Shown here one piece after another: positions 51,378 to 63,749 of a stretch of 64,000 bases of DNA (position 1 is the first letter of the stretch; each line of letters starts with the position of its first letter). A program made the translations under genes and the position numbers. Source of the DNA: Lophium mytilinum (taxonomy: Eukaryota); NCBI GenBank assembly GCA_010093605.1, contig MU004196.1:828606-892605 (forward strand), given 5' to 3'. The notes below the pieces were generated by a model. It searched no databases, had not been told where the DNA came from, and was given only the letters and a program-made list of their open reading frames with translations.

Positions 51378-52865
51378 TAGCCAAACAACTCCTCAGGTAT
51401 GTGAATTATCTCTTGCTGACATCGTGGAAACAGCGCCTGGTGCTCCTTGACAATCAACCGGGCAGGCGTGACTGCACGATAGGAAGGACGAGAATGCAAG
51501 ACGCAGCCATTTCTAATGACAGAACGTAGCTCGTACATACCGTAAAAAAAACGAAATCGACTTGACTAGTATTCGTTGTATAGGTGCGACATCGTGCTCC
51601 TGATTCGTCAAAACAATCTCAGTCATGGGACAGTCACGTTCCAATACTTGGCGTAGGGTATGAATTTTCGACGGGGGGCTGCGAGTTCTTTCTTTTCAGC
51701 AGGGAGTTCTTTCTTGCCAGCAGGGAGTTCTTGGGAGGGGATGTTCAAAAGGCCACAAACGAACATCCTATGTGGCACCATCAACAAGTGCGAGCGCATC
51801 TGCGAATGGTGCGGGAGTTTTGGGGAGGTTCAAAAACAATGGAAGAGTGCTTTGATGTGCGGAGCGGGAACCGACCAGCTTCAGTGATCTCCATCGCCGT
51901 GATCTTGTGCTCCCTGCCTCGAATCCTTCATACGACGAAGGTCATCGCAGCAGGATCTAATTGCTCATTGCTCTACGGAGATGCAAGGTACAGCTTTGAA
52001 CGATAATGCTGACAAGCACCACCGTAATCGAGCAAATTCCACCCCATGCGTCTTTCCTGATATTCCTCGTTCAACCACTCACACCCAATCTCCACTCATT
52101 GGCTGGTTGGATGGGTTATTTGATCCCCACCCAACGCCTCTCCACCATTCATGAGGGCCTCGATTTTTTTGACACCAGCCAACCCTCCTCCACCCCATCA
52201 AGCGGTGCACCGCTCTAGTCTTGATCCACACACCCAACCCCATACTCCGATGCGTACGTATAAAATACTACGTCGCCCTTCGAAGCTTCACACTGAAGAG
52301 CTCCGTGTTCCACAAGCGCGGTATTTATAGACGGACGCAAGGAATCATTGATGGTGCCTGACCTACTAGTTCGTGACTATCAGGCTGTGGTCAGGTGATC
52401 TGAGAAGGTGGTATGGCGATTTTTAATGCTCTCTTGCACCCATGTGTTGGCCAATGGTTGGAGATGGGCGATTTACTCTGCAGTACGATCTAGTCTACTA
52501 CGTCGCTATCGTGGTAAACTATGAGATACGCAACAGTTGCGCCGTTGATTTGGGTGTTTGGGTAGCCGGAATCCCAGCCCCTCTAGGAGATTCCGAGAGT
52601 GACGCTGACACTGGAAGTATGCGAAAACCTAGGCCAAGTACTATGGAGGACAATCTGGTGTATTTATACGGTATTGCAAGATGTTAGGTGAGCTAAACAT
52701 GTGAAATTAGGAGAGAAACAAACTCATCATAGCGGCGTGGAGGCCTGAACGCCGAATGACTTCTAATAAAGGCCAACCCTAGAATGTAGCGAAAGAGACA
52801 GTAGAACATAGGCATAGCTGAAATCTAGGCGGTGTTTTACAACTCATGTAAGTCTATCAATACGT

Positions 52866-54988
52866 CTATCGTCTCCTCTCTCTCATCCTCTCCCTAGCTT
52901 TCCTCACGCTCTCTACCACACCCCAACCGTCTCTCAACAGCCCACCGACTTCTTCAAGACTCAACCCACACGTCTCGGGGTAGATGCGCCACACAGTAAA
53001 CCAGCACGCTACACATACGGCAGTGTACACTGCGAACGTGCCCATAGGCGTGAAAAGGTCCATCATCGGAAGGAAGGTCAGGCCAACGAGGAAATTAGAG
53101 CCCCAGTTTGTAGCGGTCGCGAGACCGGAGCCGATGGAGCGTACAGAGAGGGGGAAGAGCCTGTAGTATGATTAGCCTCGTTAGTAGATGTTAGGAAAGC
53201 ACTCACTCAGATTGCTGCCATGGTACATTTCCCATACCAATGGCGTAGCCCGCAACATAGACAATCATGGCAACTAGGATGATCAGAGGCCATAATCGGG
53301 TTCCTGCGTTGTCGATCCCTCTTGTAGCGACGGAAGATTCGTGCGTGGGGATGTCTACGAAGTTGAAGGCTACACTGCAGAGAGCGAGACCGATGACCAT
53401 GATGGGAACCGAGTAAAGCAGAATCCTGCGACGACCAATGCGATCGATGCTGTGGAAAGCCACGAGGGTGAAGGCAAAGTTGGTTAGTGCGATTGAAAGG
53501 GATGTAAGCGTCGGCGACTGGAAGCCTACGAGTGCGAAGATAGTGGCGGAAAAGTACATAAGGGAGTTCTGTACACCTAAAGTCAGTACTGAAGAAAGCA
53601 CTCGGAGGGAAGCAAGACACAGGGAACTCACGAATCCACATAGTTGCTGGAATCCTTGAAGCATACAAGCTATAATCAACGCTCTCCGGTTTCCACCAAC
53701 AGCCACGACTTGCGCAAATCCGTCGTTTACTTTGGCCATTCTGCCCCTCCAGCTTGTCTTAGGAAGTTCTGGGTTCGACCTCTCCCCTGCCGCCTCCTCT
53801 TCCTCCATGATCTCCTTCTCCACTCGTCTGAGCACGGCATCTACCATCTTTTTGATCTCATCGCCACCGCCATACACACGTAGTAGGACTTGCTTTGCGC
53901 GGTCCTTCTGGTTTGCTTTAACAAGCCATCTAGGTGTTTCGGGCATAAATTCTAGTATGAGAAACTGGATCGCGGCCGGCGCAGCACCAATGCCTACCAT
54001 CCATCTCCAACCGTGCGGGTGTGTGGAGAAGAGCCAACCGATGATGTACGCAACTACTTGGCCGCCGGTAATGAAGAGACTTGCGACTGTGACGAGGCGG
54101 CCACGGAATGGAGAGGGTGAAAGTTCGGATATATACCTGTCACACCACGTCTTAGTAACTGAATTTCTTAGTAGCATAGCCTAATATATCAAAGTGTAAG
54201 AAGTGTAAGAAGTGTAGGAAATGTAAGTAATAGGAGAAGTGTGAGAAGTGTAAGTACCAGGAGTAATGGGAGTAATGGGAGTAATGGGAGTAATGGGAGT
54301 AATGGGAGTAATGGGAGTAATAGGAGTAATGTAGGAAATATAGGAAATATAGGAAATGTAGGAAATGTAGGAAATGTAGGAAATGTAGGAACATACAACG
54401 GCACCACAAAGCTCGCACTGCCCACCGCCAGCCCAACTATGCTTCTCCCTACTATCATGCCCCACACGGTGCCAGACCATGCCTGCCACAGCGCGCCTAC
54501 AACAAATAGTATATCCGCAAGTAGAATAACCTTCTTCCGCCCCCAAGAATCCGCCAACACGCCCGTGAGAGGGCTCGCGATCAAGGCGAACAGGCTCGTA
54601 GAAGACGTAATCAAGCTCTTGTCCAGCGTAGTGAGGGAACGGGAGGAGAGGTCTGAGCCGATGCTCACGAGGGTTGAAGATATAACTCCAGTACTACCAA
54701 CACCCATACACATTAGCAAGTACTTCGTAGCCTCAAAGCATATTTCTGTATGGAAACAACTCAAGAGCAATAAAGATTCCCGAGGTAGACCCTGGAAGCA
54801 ACTCACTCATATCCAAAAAGCAACCCGCTCACTCCAGCACAGAACGTCAGCACCCATATGAATATCCCAGGCGAGACCAGCGCGCTCTCATCCACGGCAT
54901 CAGAGCTGTCGTAGCCGTCGAGGCTGGAGCGGTGCGAGTCGGCATCGGAGTCGTGCAGGAGCGGCGCGTCCGCGGGCGTGTCGATCAT
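52866..54988 (-). CDS. MFS sugar porter, myo-inositol transporter (ITR-like)
   Basis: GLLFGYD, D..GRK, PLYISELSPSPFRGRL, PETPRWL, QQLCGFNSLMYF, IDRIGRR, PWQQSELFPLSVR, YPETCG. Confidence 0.92.
54192..54390. repeat. Compound 9-bp tandem repeat inside an intron of the transporter gene
   Basis: Adjacent blocks of (AAGTGTAAG)n, (GGAGTAATG)n and (GGAAATRTA)n. Confidence 0.95.
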
Positions 54989-55171
54989 GCTTTGCAGCTC
55001 GAGGGTCTCGTGGGAGGCCGTTGCTGCGACTAGGTGCAGTGACGTCGCATGGAAAGGTTAGTAGAACGATTAGTAGAATGTTTGGCGTATAAGGGGCGTT
55101 GTGGTAGAAGTTTGGGCACGCGGCCCTCGTTCGGAGGTCCACGAAATCTGGGGAAGCCCGGCTCGGCTTGC

Positions 55172-55265
55172 TACAGTACTAGGACTTAAGTCTGATCCGA
55201 TGAACCGTGCGTTTCCCACCAAAAAACGTCGGGTGCTCGGAGCAGACTTAAGTCCACTGACTGTA
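55172..55265. mobile_element. Putative Tc1/mariner-type MITE or fold-back relic (90 bp plus TA duplications)
   Basis: TA-CAGT...ACTG-TA ends. Inner arms GGACTTAAGTCTGATCCGA (55182-55200) and TCGGAGCAGACTTAAGTCC (55237-55255) are 18/19 complementary. Confidence 0.55.
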
Positions 55266-55996
55266 TTCTTGGATCCCCGGTCTAAGGTTACCTCGACGTC
55301 GTCTGTTCTTTTTCTCTTTGTACAGTTACTTTGATTGATTCACGGTATGCGCCAGATGTTGCGGCTGAGACACTGCAATTGCCAATGGGCTATAAAAGAT
55401 GACCTTCGAAAGTCCCCAGCTTCTGATAAGATACCATCTCAACGTTCTGATGCTGTTCCACTTGCACTTCCCCTATTCTTTTGCTATCGGGAATGCAAGA
55501 GGATAACACGGGCTTGAGCAATTATATACGTGAACACTCCCCATGTAAAGTATAATCTCTCGGGCCGTTGTGCGACGTTATTCTTATGATGTCTGGCTTC
55601 CCACACGATCGACAGATTACGGCGCTACTACATTGAAAGGTATGAAGTAGGTTGCGATAAGAAATGGGCAGTGTAAGCGGCGCCACGACATTCGAGAACG
55701 AGAGAAGAAGGCTCCAGGGGGGCCGGGTGGAAGTGATAGTCACCAAAAGTGTTCAGCGTACAACAGCGTTCACATTTGCAACATGACCTTCTCGGAGCAA
55801 CAGGCTAGCCAACTACAGTCTGTGTCCTAGCAAGGCTGAAGGGTAACATTGAAGTCGCGAGGGGAAGTTTGAAGCACAGGGTCCGAGCGTCAGCCGCAAC
55901 TGAGAATAAAGCGACGTTTCTGGCCCTTTTACAGACTCTATCGTATCGCGACTATTTAAATTACATAAACGGCACTTCTCATCTCATACTGAAACC

Positions 55997-56840
55997 ATGG
56001 CGCAAATTCGTTGCGCAGACACTCTTATGATTGGAAAGGTATGTGTTCAAAACAGGTGTATGCCGAGAGGGACAAGGCTGACGGTAATATGAATAGGGCT
56101 GCACAATGAAAGTGATGGTTGACGACTCAAAGCCTGACGGCCATATTGACCGTTGTTGGACTGAGACGACGTATGATGGCAAACCAGGGTCTATGAAACT
56201 GGAGGTTCCAGGGCATTGGCATAAGGTTCTTGCCTTCCCTTTTATCTATCATCCTTGCTCAATTGGATGTTTAAATATGACTTAGTCGATGTTGACCTTC
56301 AGGACAGTACCACGACGAATACATGGAAGTTCTCCGCGGGCGCATGACGCTTTACCTCGAAGGCACCGGCAGCGTAGTGCTCGCAGCTGGTGACGAAAGA
56401 CTCAAGATTCCGCGATGGCACGTTCATTCGTTTGCAGCGTTTGAAGGCGAGGAGGCGGTTTTGAAGGAATTGACAGATCCTAGTGGGGAGTTTAAGGCTG
56501 AGTATGTTGGGTTGAAACCCCCTATTTTCACGTCTACATCGATGACATGGCAATGGAAATAGGAGAGCATCCAAAGTCTAACACGCCACAGGTTCTTCAG
56601 AAACGCGACCCAATCCGGTAGCATGAACATCACCGACGCCCTGCGCGCTTTCTGGGAGGGCGACGCATACGTCTCGTTACCGGGAAACATCAAGCTTCTT
56701 GATCAAGCGGTAAGTGGGGCTGTTCAGTTTGGCACGCGCAAGCTGCTGACATATTACTGCAGTTCATAGCTGTAGCTGGCACGATTGCGAAGTTCTTTTG
56801 GCCAGCGAAAAGGACGTACAAGGCATATCCCGAGATGTGA
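55997..56840 (+). CDS. Small cupin-fold protein, 5 exons
   Basis: Spliced model MAQIRCADTLMIGK|GCTMK...VPGHWHK|YHDEYMEVLRGRM...IPRWHVHSF... carries the cupin metal motif HxHxxxxE...H. GT-AG introns. Confidence 0.75.
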
Positions 56841-58175
56841 TTTGGGGCTATGAGGACTGGAGGGAAGAGAAATTCTTGGCTGACCAATTGGGACGCATCT
56901 GAAACTTTGGGGCGTATCAGGTCTCTCAGCGCGCACTGACTGAGTATACATCGAGGAAAATCATGTCAAAATCAGCTCAATGGAAGTCGTGTGAAGACCC
57001 GTACAGGAAAGAGAGTAGTTTCTAACCAAATCCTGGACACTGATCCATTCGCCATAGACCTGGAAAATGCACCGGAGTATTACATCTTCAAAAAAGAACG
57101 CAATACAGACTAAGCACTGTCTGGACTCGAACCCAGGAGCAAAAGGAAAGGGTCCCGAAGGACGAGCACTATATGATAATATAATATAATAAATATAGAA
57201 TAGATCCACAGAGCTACAGCGACTTTCCTGTGAGGCCAAGGAATTAAAGGGTTTATATAGTCTTCAAAGAAAAGAAGTTAATTATTGAGCGACGAAGACA
57301 AGATGAAGTTCAAGACACGCGGTCTTACCGTATTCAAGAGTTGGTTCCTTGGTTCCTTGGTTCGTGGTCAAATGAGTACGTAAAGCGACCCAAGCGAGAA
57401 CATCACAGCCAAGATCGATGAGGCAAGACAGAGTGCAGTATTAGAAACCGTTCCTAATCGCATTGAAGAATCTGAAGAACGGGGTATTTACAGCACTGCA
57501 CCATCCTGTCAATCCTGCTCTTTTATGTCTACCTCGCTCCGTCTGTGATTACCCTAGCTGGCCGTAAATCTCGCATGCAAACCAATGCAGCTCCGCTATA
57601 CAGTACATGAAAGAAAGCCTTCATTCACGACTCCAGTCAGTCCGTGATAATATGATCCGGTTCCAAGAGATGCTGCGACTGATTACATACCGCATGCAAA
57701 AAGTGCCGCGGGAAATTAAATTGGATTGGAGAGAGATTTGAGGCGGCTGGAAAGTCGTTGAGTGGAGTGACGAGGCGGGGTACGGGGGGTGATGGCGAGG
57801 CGAGGCGTGGAGAAGGCTTATGATGCGATGATGGAGTAGCATGATATAGCGCTTGTAGATGTGCATGCTTTCGTAAATGGCTTCCTGTCTAGAATGATGC
57901 GAAGAGGCCGTTGGGTTTTGAGAGGGATATCCAAGATGCAAGGCGCAAAGACTGGATGGGAAGGGGTGTGAAGCACAGATGTGTCTACTGTGCAACTCTA
58001 TTTCCAAGGCAACCAATAGAGTAGGTGCCAGATTTTGGAAAGTTTTGAATAGGGACAAAGCGTCCGCGGTAAGGTTTTCCCAAGCTGCATTGCGTGATGC
58101 TTGGCGAGATCCAAGGGTGACCTTGGTGGCTCAATTTGGGGCGAGATGCGATACGCCACGCCTCTTTCTTATTGC

Positions 58176-59594
58176 TCAATCCGACTTCCAGTGGCTCGTG
58201 AGCCTCCCATCATCGTCCTCCTTCGAAATCTTGAGCTCAATCGCGTACAATGCCATTGTGACCGCCAGATTGATCCATCTCCAGAAATTACCTCCGGCGT
58301 CTCCACCCTGGCTGTTCCACCAGTCATCAGTGCTCGATCCATCACCATTTGTCGAGGCGAAATGCTGCATCAATAGACTTGTATACACAGCTATGAGGAT
58401 GCTCGGGCTAAACCAGCTCAGGAATCCTAGAAGTTGGCCCGCTTCGTCACTGTCATCCAGTGACGGGTCTTGCGTGAGCGCCCGAGCCCCTGATTCGCGG
58501 ATGGCCGGAATAATTCGAGCACTTGCGTACATGACGAAGACACGGTAAGCGAGCGAAATGATGACGGAGGGGGTGATGGTCATAATGGCACCAACTATGA
58601 GGTTGTAACCGGAATGAATCATCGTTGGTAATGTCGAGAAGATATGCAATAAGGTGGTATATGAGGCCATAATTATCGGAGGTAGAGGAGGTAAAGCTGG
58701 CTGAGCTGGTGGAGGGCTTGCATTGGCAGAACTAGATGGTTGGTAGTCTGTGAAGATTTGATAGATGCAAAGAGTGACGTAGGCAAACTGAACTCGTGTT
58801 AGAAAGTCGGAGCCAGTTCCGAGGGTTTGAACATACCAAGAGGGAGCTTTCCACCGGATTACCCCGTCCACTACCTATGCCCCAAGAGCACAAGAACACA
58901 GAGCAAGTTATGGCAGCGCCTATCAGTATGGCGTCTACGTTGCTGATCTCTGGGAAGGTGGTAATTCGCCAAAGGAAGTAAACGGAGCTGGAAAGAATGG
59001 ACGCGGATAGGACCAACAGTCCGATCTAGAAGCATGGTCAGCTGAGGCGTCCAAAGCAATACAGGATGACTGTACCATCCAGCTATCCCCTCGCTCCCGA
59101 TTCACAAGCCAGCGCGTAATCTGGCCGGCAGCTTGGATGACGAGCAAGCTACAGAAGCCCTCCCCAATTTGGAAGACGGGAGTCGACCATCTCAGAATCT
59201 TGTCCCAGCTGCCTATAGTCGCGGTCTCGACCATTCCGCCACTACCAAACAGCCATTCTTGCACCGACGTGTCGTGAGCCCTCTTCCCGCCAAAGGTCCG
59301 CTCCACCCAGCCACCGTTGTTATCCGAGTCGACGGAGAACTTGTTCAAGCTCCATATTAGCAGCGATGGTAACACGAACCACTGAGTCCACGCAATCAGC
59401 TGCACGAGGGCCCACCGGAACCGCGACCCATCCGGCGTCGCTAGGCGGAGAGAGGAGTAGAAGAAGTAGTAGCTTGCGAGGGACAGGGAGAAGGCCAGTC
59501 CGCAAGTCCTACCGCCTATGTCGAAGGCTAGCGGTATGGTGAAGATGATGGCACTCAGGAAGGTGGCCGAGGAGGCAACTCTTGTGAGCCACAT
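58176..59594 (-). CDS. ICE2: ER membrane protein Ice2
   Basis: TIPLAFDIGGRTCGLAFSLSL, EGFCSLLVIQAAGQ, GRGNPVESSLLFAY, PSILIAVYTSLL, FWRWINL..TM.LYAIEL. Confidence 0.92.
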
Positions 59595-60377
59595 GTGCGC
59601 CTGCTGCGCCGAGCACGCTCTTGGGCGCGCTCAGGCAGTATATGAAGGAGCGCCGGGGGCTCGTTGTAAGGGATGCACGCGTGGAACGCGCAGACAGCGC
59701 GGTAGAGTGTCCGGGAGGAGCTGGAGTGGTGGAAGACGTGATGTCGGCGCGGTTGTGGTAACGTGTATTTTTGGTCGTTGGCGACCTGTGATGCTTGGCG
59801 GTGACCTTATCTTCACGTGCAAGTGGTCCGGTGCGTATGTGACGAGGCCGGGACAGCGCCGAGATGGTCGAGATGAGGTCGTCGTAGGTAGGTTTGGTGT
59901 TCGTGTGAGGCTGCGGAGAGGCCTGGAGACTGCGGAGAACAGGCGTGACAGGCAACTTCCTGCTGCGCGGCGCAGGCCCAGAAGCAAGTAATTGGACTGT
60001 CGCGTGCTAGTCGGCCGGGATATTGGAGATCCCACAGATCGGGACAGGGGCCTGCTGGTATGAAGGAGAGAGTGTAGTGCAGAGGGGCCCGCGGGGGAGC
60101 TTCTAGAGAGCGAACAGACGGCACTGGAACACGGGCAGCACGGCGCCGGCAAGGAGAGACAGGTTTCGAGTGAGGACAGGTCGCGGGAGGGGACTCGGTG
60201 ATGGTGTTCAAGAGTTTATTATTTGCCAATCTTACCTCTCTAATGCTAGCGCTTCCAACGGCCCGCCCAAGAGAAAACGGGCTTCGCGCCTCAAATGTCG
60301 TGCGGCCAAAGAGGAAGCTCCAAGACAACCCACCTTTGACCCTACCGACCTCACCGCTGTTCTCGACCCATTATTGA

Positions 60378-61904
60378 ATGCACGTATTGAGACGCGCCGT
60401 TCTCTCCCGTCCGAAAAGCCTCTGCAGAACATCAATCGCTCCCGTCGTCCGCCTCCGCGTAATGAGCACCTCCGAGACCCCCGCAAAGAAGCTCAAGATG
60501 ACTGGGCCTTTGATCGGAACGCACAAGTGAGTGTTTTAATTGCTGAGCGACTTTCATGTCTATCAAATTCCACACTGCGAGTACTCGGAGCGACATCTTC
60601 GCGCATTGCTTCGCCTGGAGCTGCATATCTTGTCTTGCTACCGCTGGTGGGGCATTCAGGAATCTATTGATATCGACATATCACGGCATCGCCGTGTAAG
60701 GTGACCCAGCGAGTTGCGGACTGTTCAGAAAGATGAACTTTCATCATGCTCTGGTTCCTGAAAATACCTTGAAGCCCGTCAAGCGGTGTCCACATTGTTC
60801 GCGGGTTTCATGAAGAGACACTAACCTCAAATTTTGATATGTTTCTGCAATTTTATATATGGCCACAAGACACCGATACTGACGCAACATCATAGCGGCC
60901 ACTTCCACGCCGACGAAGCGCTCGCCGTCTACCTCCTCCGCCTGCTCCCCACCTACGCCTCCTCCCCCCTCGTCCGCACCCGCGACCCCTCCGTTCTCTC
61001 TACCTGCCACACCGTCGTCGACGTCGGCGGCGTCTATGATGCCTCTGCCAACCGCTACGACCACCACCAGCGTGAGTTCTCCGCCGTCTACCCCGGCCAC
61101 AACACCAAGCTCTCCTCCGCGGGGCTTGTCTACCTCCATTTCGGCAAAGACATCATCGCACAGCACACCGGCCTAGACGTCGCCTCCGAAGATGTCGCCG
61201 TCCTATGGGAAAAACTCTACACAGACCTCATCGAATCTTTTGACGCCAACGACAACGGCATCAACCAATACACCAGCTCGGCCATCGCAAAAGCGGGCAT
61301 AGAGAAGAATTTCGAAGAGCGCGGCTTCAGCATCGCAAGCGTGGTTGGCCGGTACAACCGCGCGCCCCTTCCGACCTCGTTCTCAGACACCGCGCCCCAG
61401 GCTGAGGAAGACGCGCGGTTTGCACGCGCATCGGAGTTCACAGGCGAGCAATTCATCCTCGACCTTTCGGATGCGTACAAGTCCTGGCTCCCCGCCCGGG
61501 CCCTTGTGACGCAGGCCTACAACGACCGCCTGCAGTACGACCCCCACGGGCGGATCATGGTCATCCACTACAAGAAAGAAGGCGTCCCTTGGTCAGACCA
61601 CTTGTACGGGCTCGAGAAGCGCGCGGAGCAGAAGCCGGATGTCCAGGCGCAGGTGCTGTATGTCCTGTTCCCTGAGAACGGGGACGCAGACAGCAAGTGG
61701 CGGATTCGCGCTGTGTCGAAGGAAGGGAGTGGGTTTGAGAACCGGAAAGATCTGCCGGATGCGTGGAAGGGTGTGCGGGACGAGAAGCTGGACGAAGTGA
61801 GTGGGATCCCCGGTTGCGTGTTTGTGCATGCCGCTGGCTTCATCGGAGGGAACAAGACGTTCGAGGGAGCGTTGAAGATGGCGGCTGTGGCAGCGGATGC
61901 GTGA
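60378..61904 (+). CDS. MYG1: MYG1 (UPF0160) DHH-family exonuclease
   Basis: IGTHN|GHFHADEALA across intron 60527-60895; VVDVGG, DHHQR, KLSSAGLVY, DANDNG, FVHAAGFIGGNKT. Confidence 0.93.
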
Positions 61905-62089
61905 GAAAAACCAGGCAATGGACACGGCGGGTAGGCAGGCGTCGAGGCGTTGGATACCACGAAATGGGTGGTTAGATCTCCAAAAAGGCAGATATCATGG
62001 ACCTCAAAAGTTATTTTGGCATATCAGAAAATCCATTATGGGGCCTTGTCTCCTCTATAAAATTAACTTCCCTCGCCTGATTCATGAGC

Positions 62090-62595
62090 CACGTCAATAA
62101 CATGCCAAAAACGACTTCAAATTGCACGGACTGGCCCTACTTTATACATCTCGCACTCTCAAGATTAACGCTTTGTCTGAGGCCTGGTTTAAAGGGTTCG
62201 CCAATGGTATGCCCAAAATACCTTCAAATTGCGCGGACTGACTGGCGCCCATTCATACATCTCGCGTCCCCAAGATTATCCCTAATTCTCAAGCCTGATT
62301 TGAAGCGTTCGCCAATAGTATGCCAAAATCGACTCCAAATCGCACGGACTGGCTCCACTTTATACATCTCGCACCCGCAAGATGAAGCATATTACCAAGG
62401 CCTAAAATGAAGTGTTTGCCAATAACATGCCAAAAAAGACGCCAAATCGCACGGACTGGCTCCCGTTTATATGTCTCGCGACCTCCAAATCAACCCTCAT
62501 TCTTAGGCCTGATTTGAAGCGTTCGCCAATAACATGCCAAAACCGCCTTCAAACCGCACGGACTGGCCTCGATTTATACATCTCCCAGTCCAATC
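62090..62595. repeat. Tandem array of five ~107-bp units
   Basis: ATGCC(A/C)AAA anchors at 62102, 62209, 62320, 62427 and 62534. Shared core CAAATCGCACGGACTGG...TTTATACATCTCGC...GCCTGATTTGAAGCGTTCGCCAAT. Confidence 0.95.
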
Positions 62596-63143
62596 AACAA
62601 TATCACATCATCCACACCACACAAAAGAGTCCTGTGAAAAATCTGTATTTCCAGCGTTTCACCCGGCCCGCGAATCGGAGGCTGGGGCAAGCAACACGCA
62701 GGAAGAGGCTCATCATTCAGTAGACTACATTGAATGGAATTTGGGCAACCCACAGCCATCTCATCGTACATGAAGGTCGTGAAGGTTGTTGGTAAGTAAA
62801 AAGAAAAGTAGAAAGTAAGGGAAAGCCTTGATTATGAACCAATAAAAACCAGAACGCCTAGACCTAGCTATTCGTGTAGCAAAAGTGTCGATATCGTATG
62901 CCCCATCCTATCCGCCCATCTCTCCGTCTGTCTGTCTGCCCTTCGCCAATCGTGTCATCGTGTGTGTCGGATGGGCAAGGCCGCAATTCGAGAGTTGCTC
63001 GAAAGTCGAAGAAAGCAGCATGGCTCGCACACACGCTCGCTCAACCAAAACACCTCCCTCCCTAGGATATATCCTAGCCATACCTCAGTGTCTCCAGCAC
63101 CTCACACCCCTATGCTTATCCTGTTCAACAGTAGCACCTCCCT

Positions 63144-63749
63144 CTACGCCTTCTCCTCCCCATCTACATCGTCCACGCTCGTCTCCCGGTTCAAGCTCGT
63201 CTCGCGATGCAGGAAGCTGTTCTCCTTGACCGGGCTGCCGGCGCCGCCATTGGTGCCGGGCACGCCGGGCTGGCCGCCCTGCGTCGAGATGCTGCCGCCG
63301 TTCTGGTTCTGCGGCGCGATGTGCGGGATCTTCTCGGGCACGGGGTGCTCGCGGCCGATGGAGGTGACGCCGATGTCGGAGGCTTTGCCGGCTTTGCTGA
63401 GGGCGTAGTCGCCGCTGTCGAAGTATTTGCGCTCCTGGGTGGGAAGGACGGGTTAGCTGGGGCATTGTAGAAGGTGGATTCGAGTTGTGGAGCGGAGGAA
63501 AGGGGGGTATGAGAGGGAGAGTGGGGGAGGCATACCTTCAGCTTGTTCTGCAGCAGGTCTTTCTTGTTGGGCAGCTTGCCGTACAGGCGGAAGAGCCGTT
63601 GCTCGTCCGGAGTCAACGTCTGTAACATTGTGTCAGTTGAATCTTCTTCAAAGACCTCAGACACCGCTTCTTGTAAGGAAGAGCAGCTGGTAAGGGGTGC
63701 AGCTATGACGTACGCTGATGTCGACTTTGTTCTGCTGATGAGGATTCAT
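63144..63749 (-). CDS. IGO1: Endosulfine/ARPP-19 family PP2A inhibitor
   Basis: MNPHQQNKVDIS|TLTPDEQRLFRLYGKLP..|ERKYFDSGDYALSKAG contains the Greatwall/Rim15 site FDSGDY. Three exons. Confidence 0.95.

Noticed and set aside
54152..54861. Periodic ORFs (HFL/SHY, ITP/ISY, GSN/GNV repeats)
   Set aside because: They are translations of the intronic 9-bp repeat.
57118..57140. GGTTCGAGTCC (tRNA T-loop/B-box) on the minus strand
   Set aside because: The T-stem does not pair canonically, and no D-arm, A-box or acceptor stem is present, so it is not a tRNA.
56960..57450. AT-rich patch with protein-like interrupted frames downstream of the cupin gene
   Set aside because: No recognisable domain or terminal repeats, so it cannot be called a TE or pseudogene from sequence alone.
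60527..60895. Long MYG1 intron as a possible snoRNA host
   Set aside because: No convincing C box (RTGATGA) with D box, or H/ACA layout, was visible by eye.
62090..62595. CRISPR-like appearance of the 107-bp array
   Set aside because: The segments between conserved blocks are homologous to each other rather than unique spacers. The context is eukaryotic and there are no cas genes.
62084..62723. ORFs with repeated RTDW/ARTG peptides
   Set aside because: They are by-products of a 107-bp repeat whose period is not a multiple of 3.
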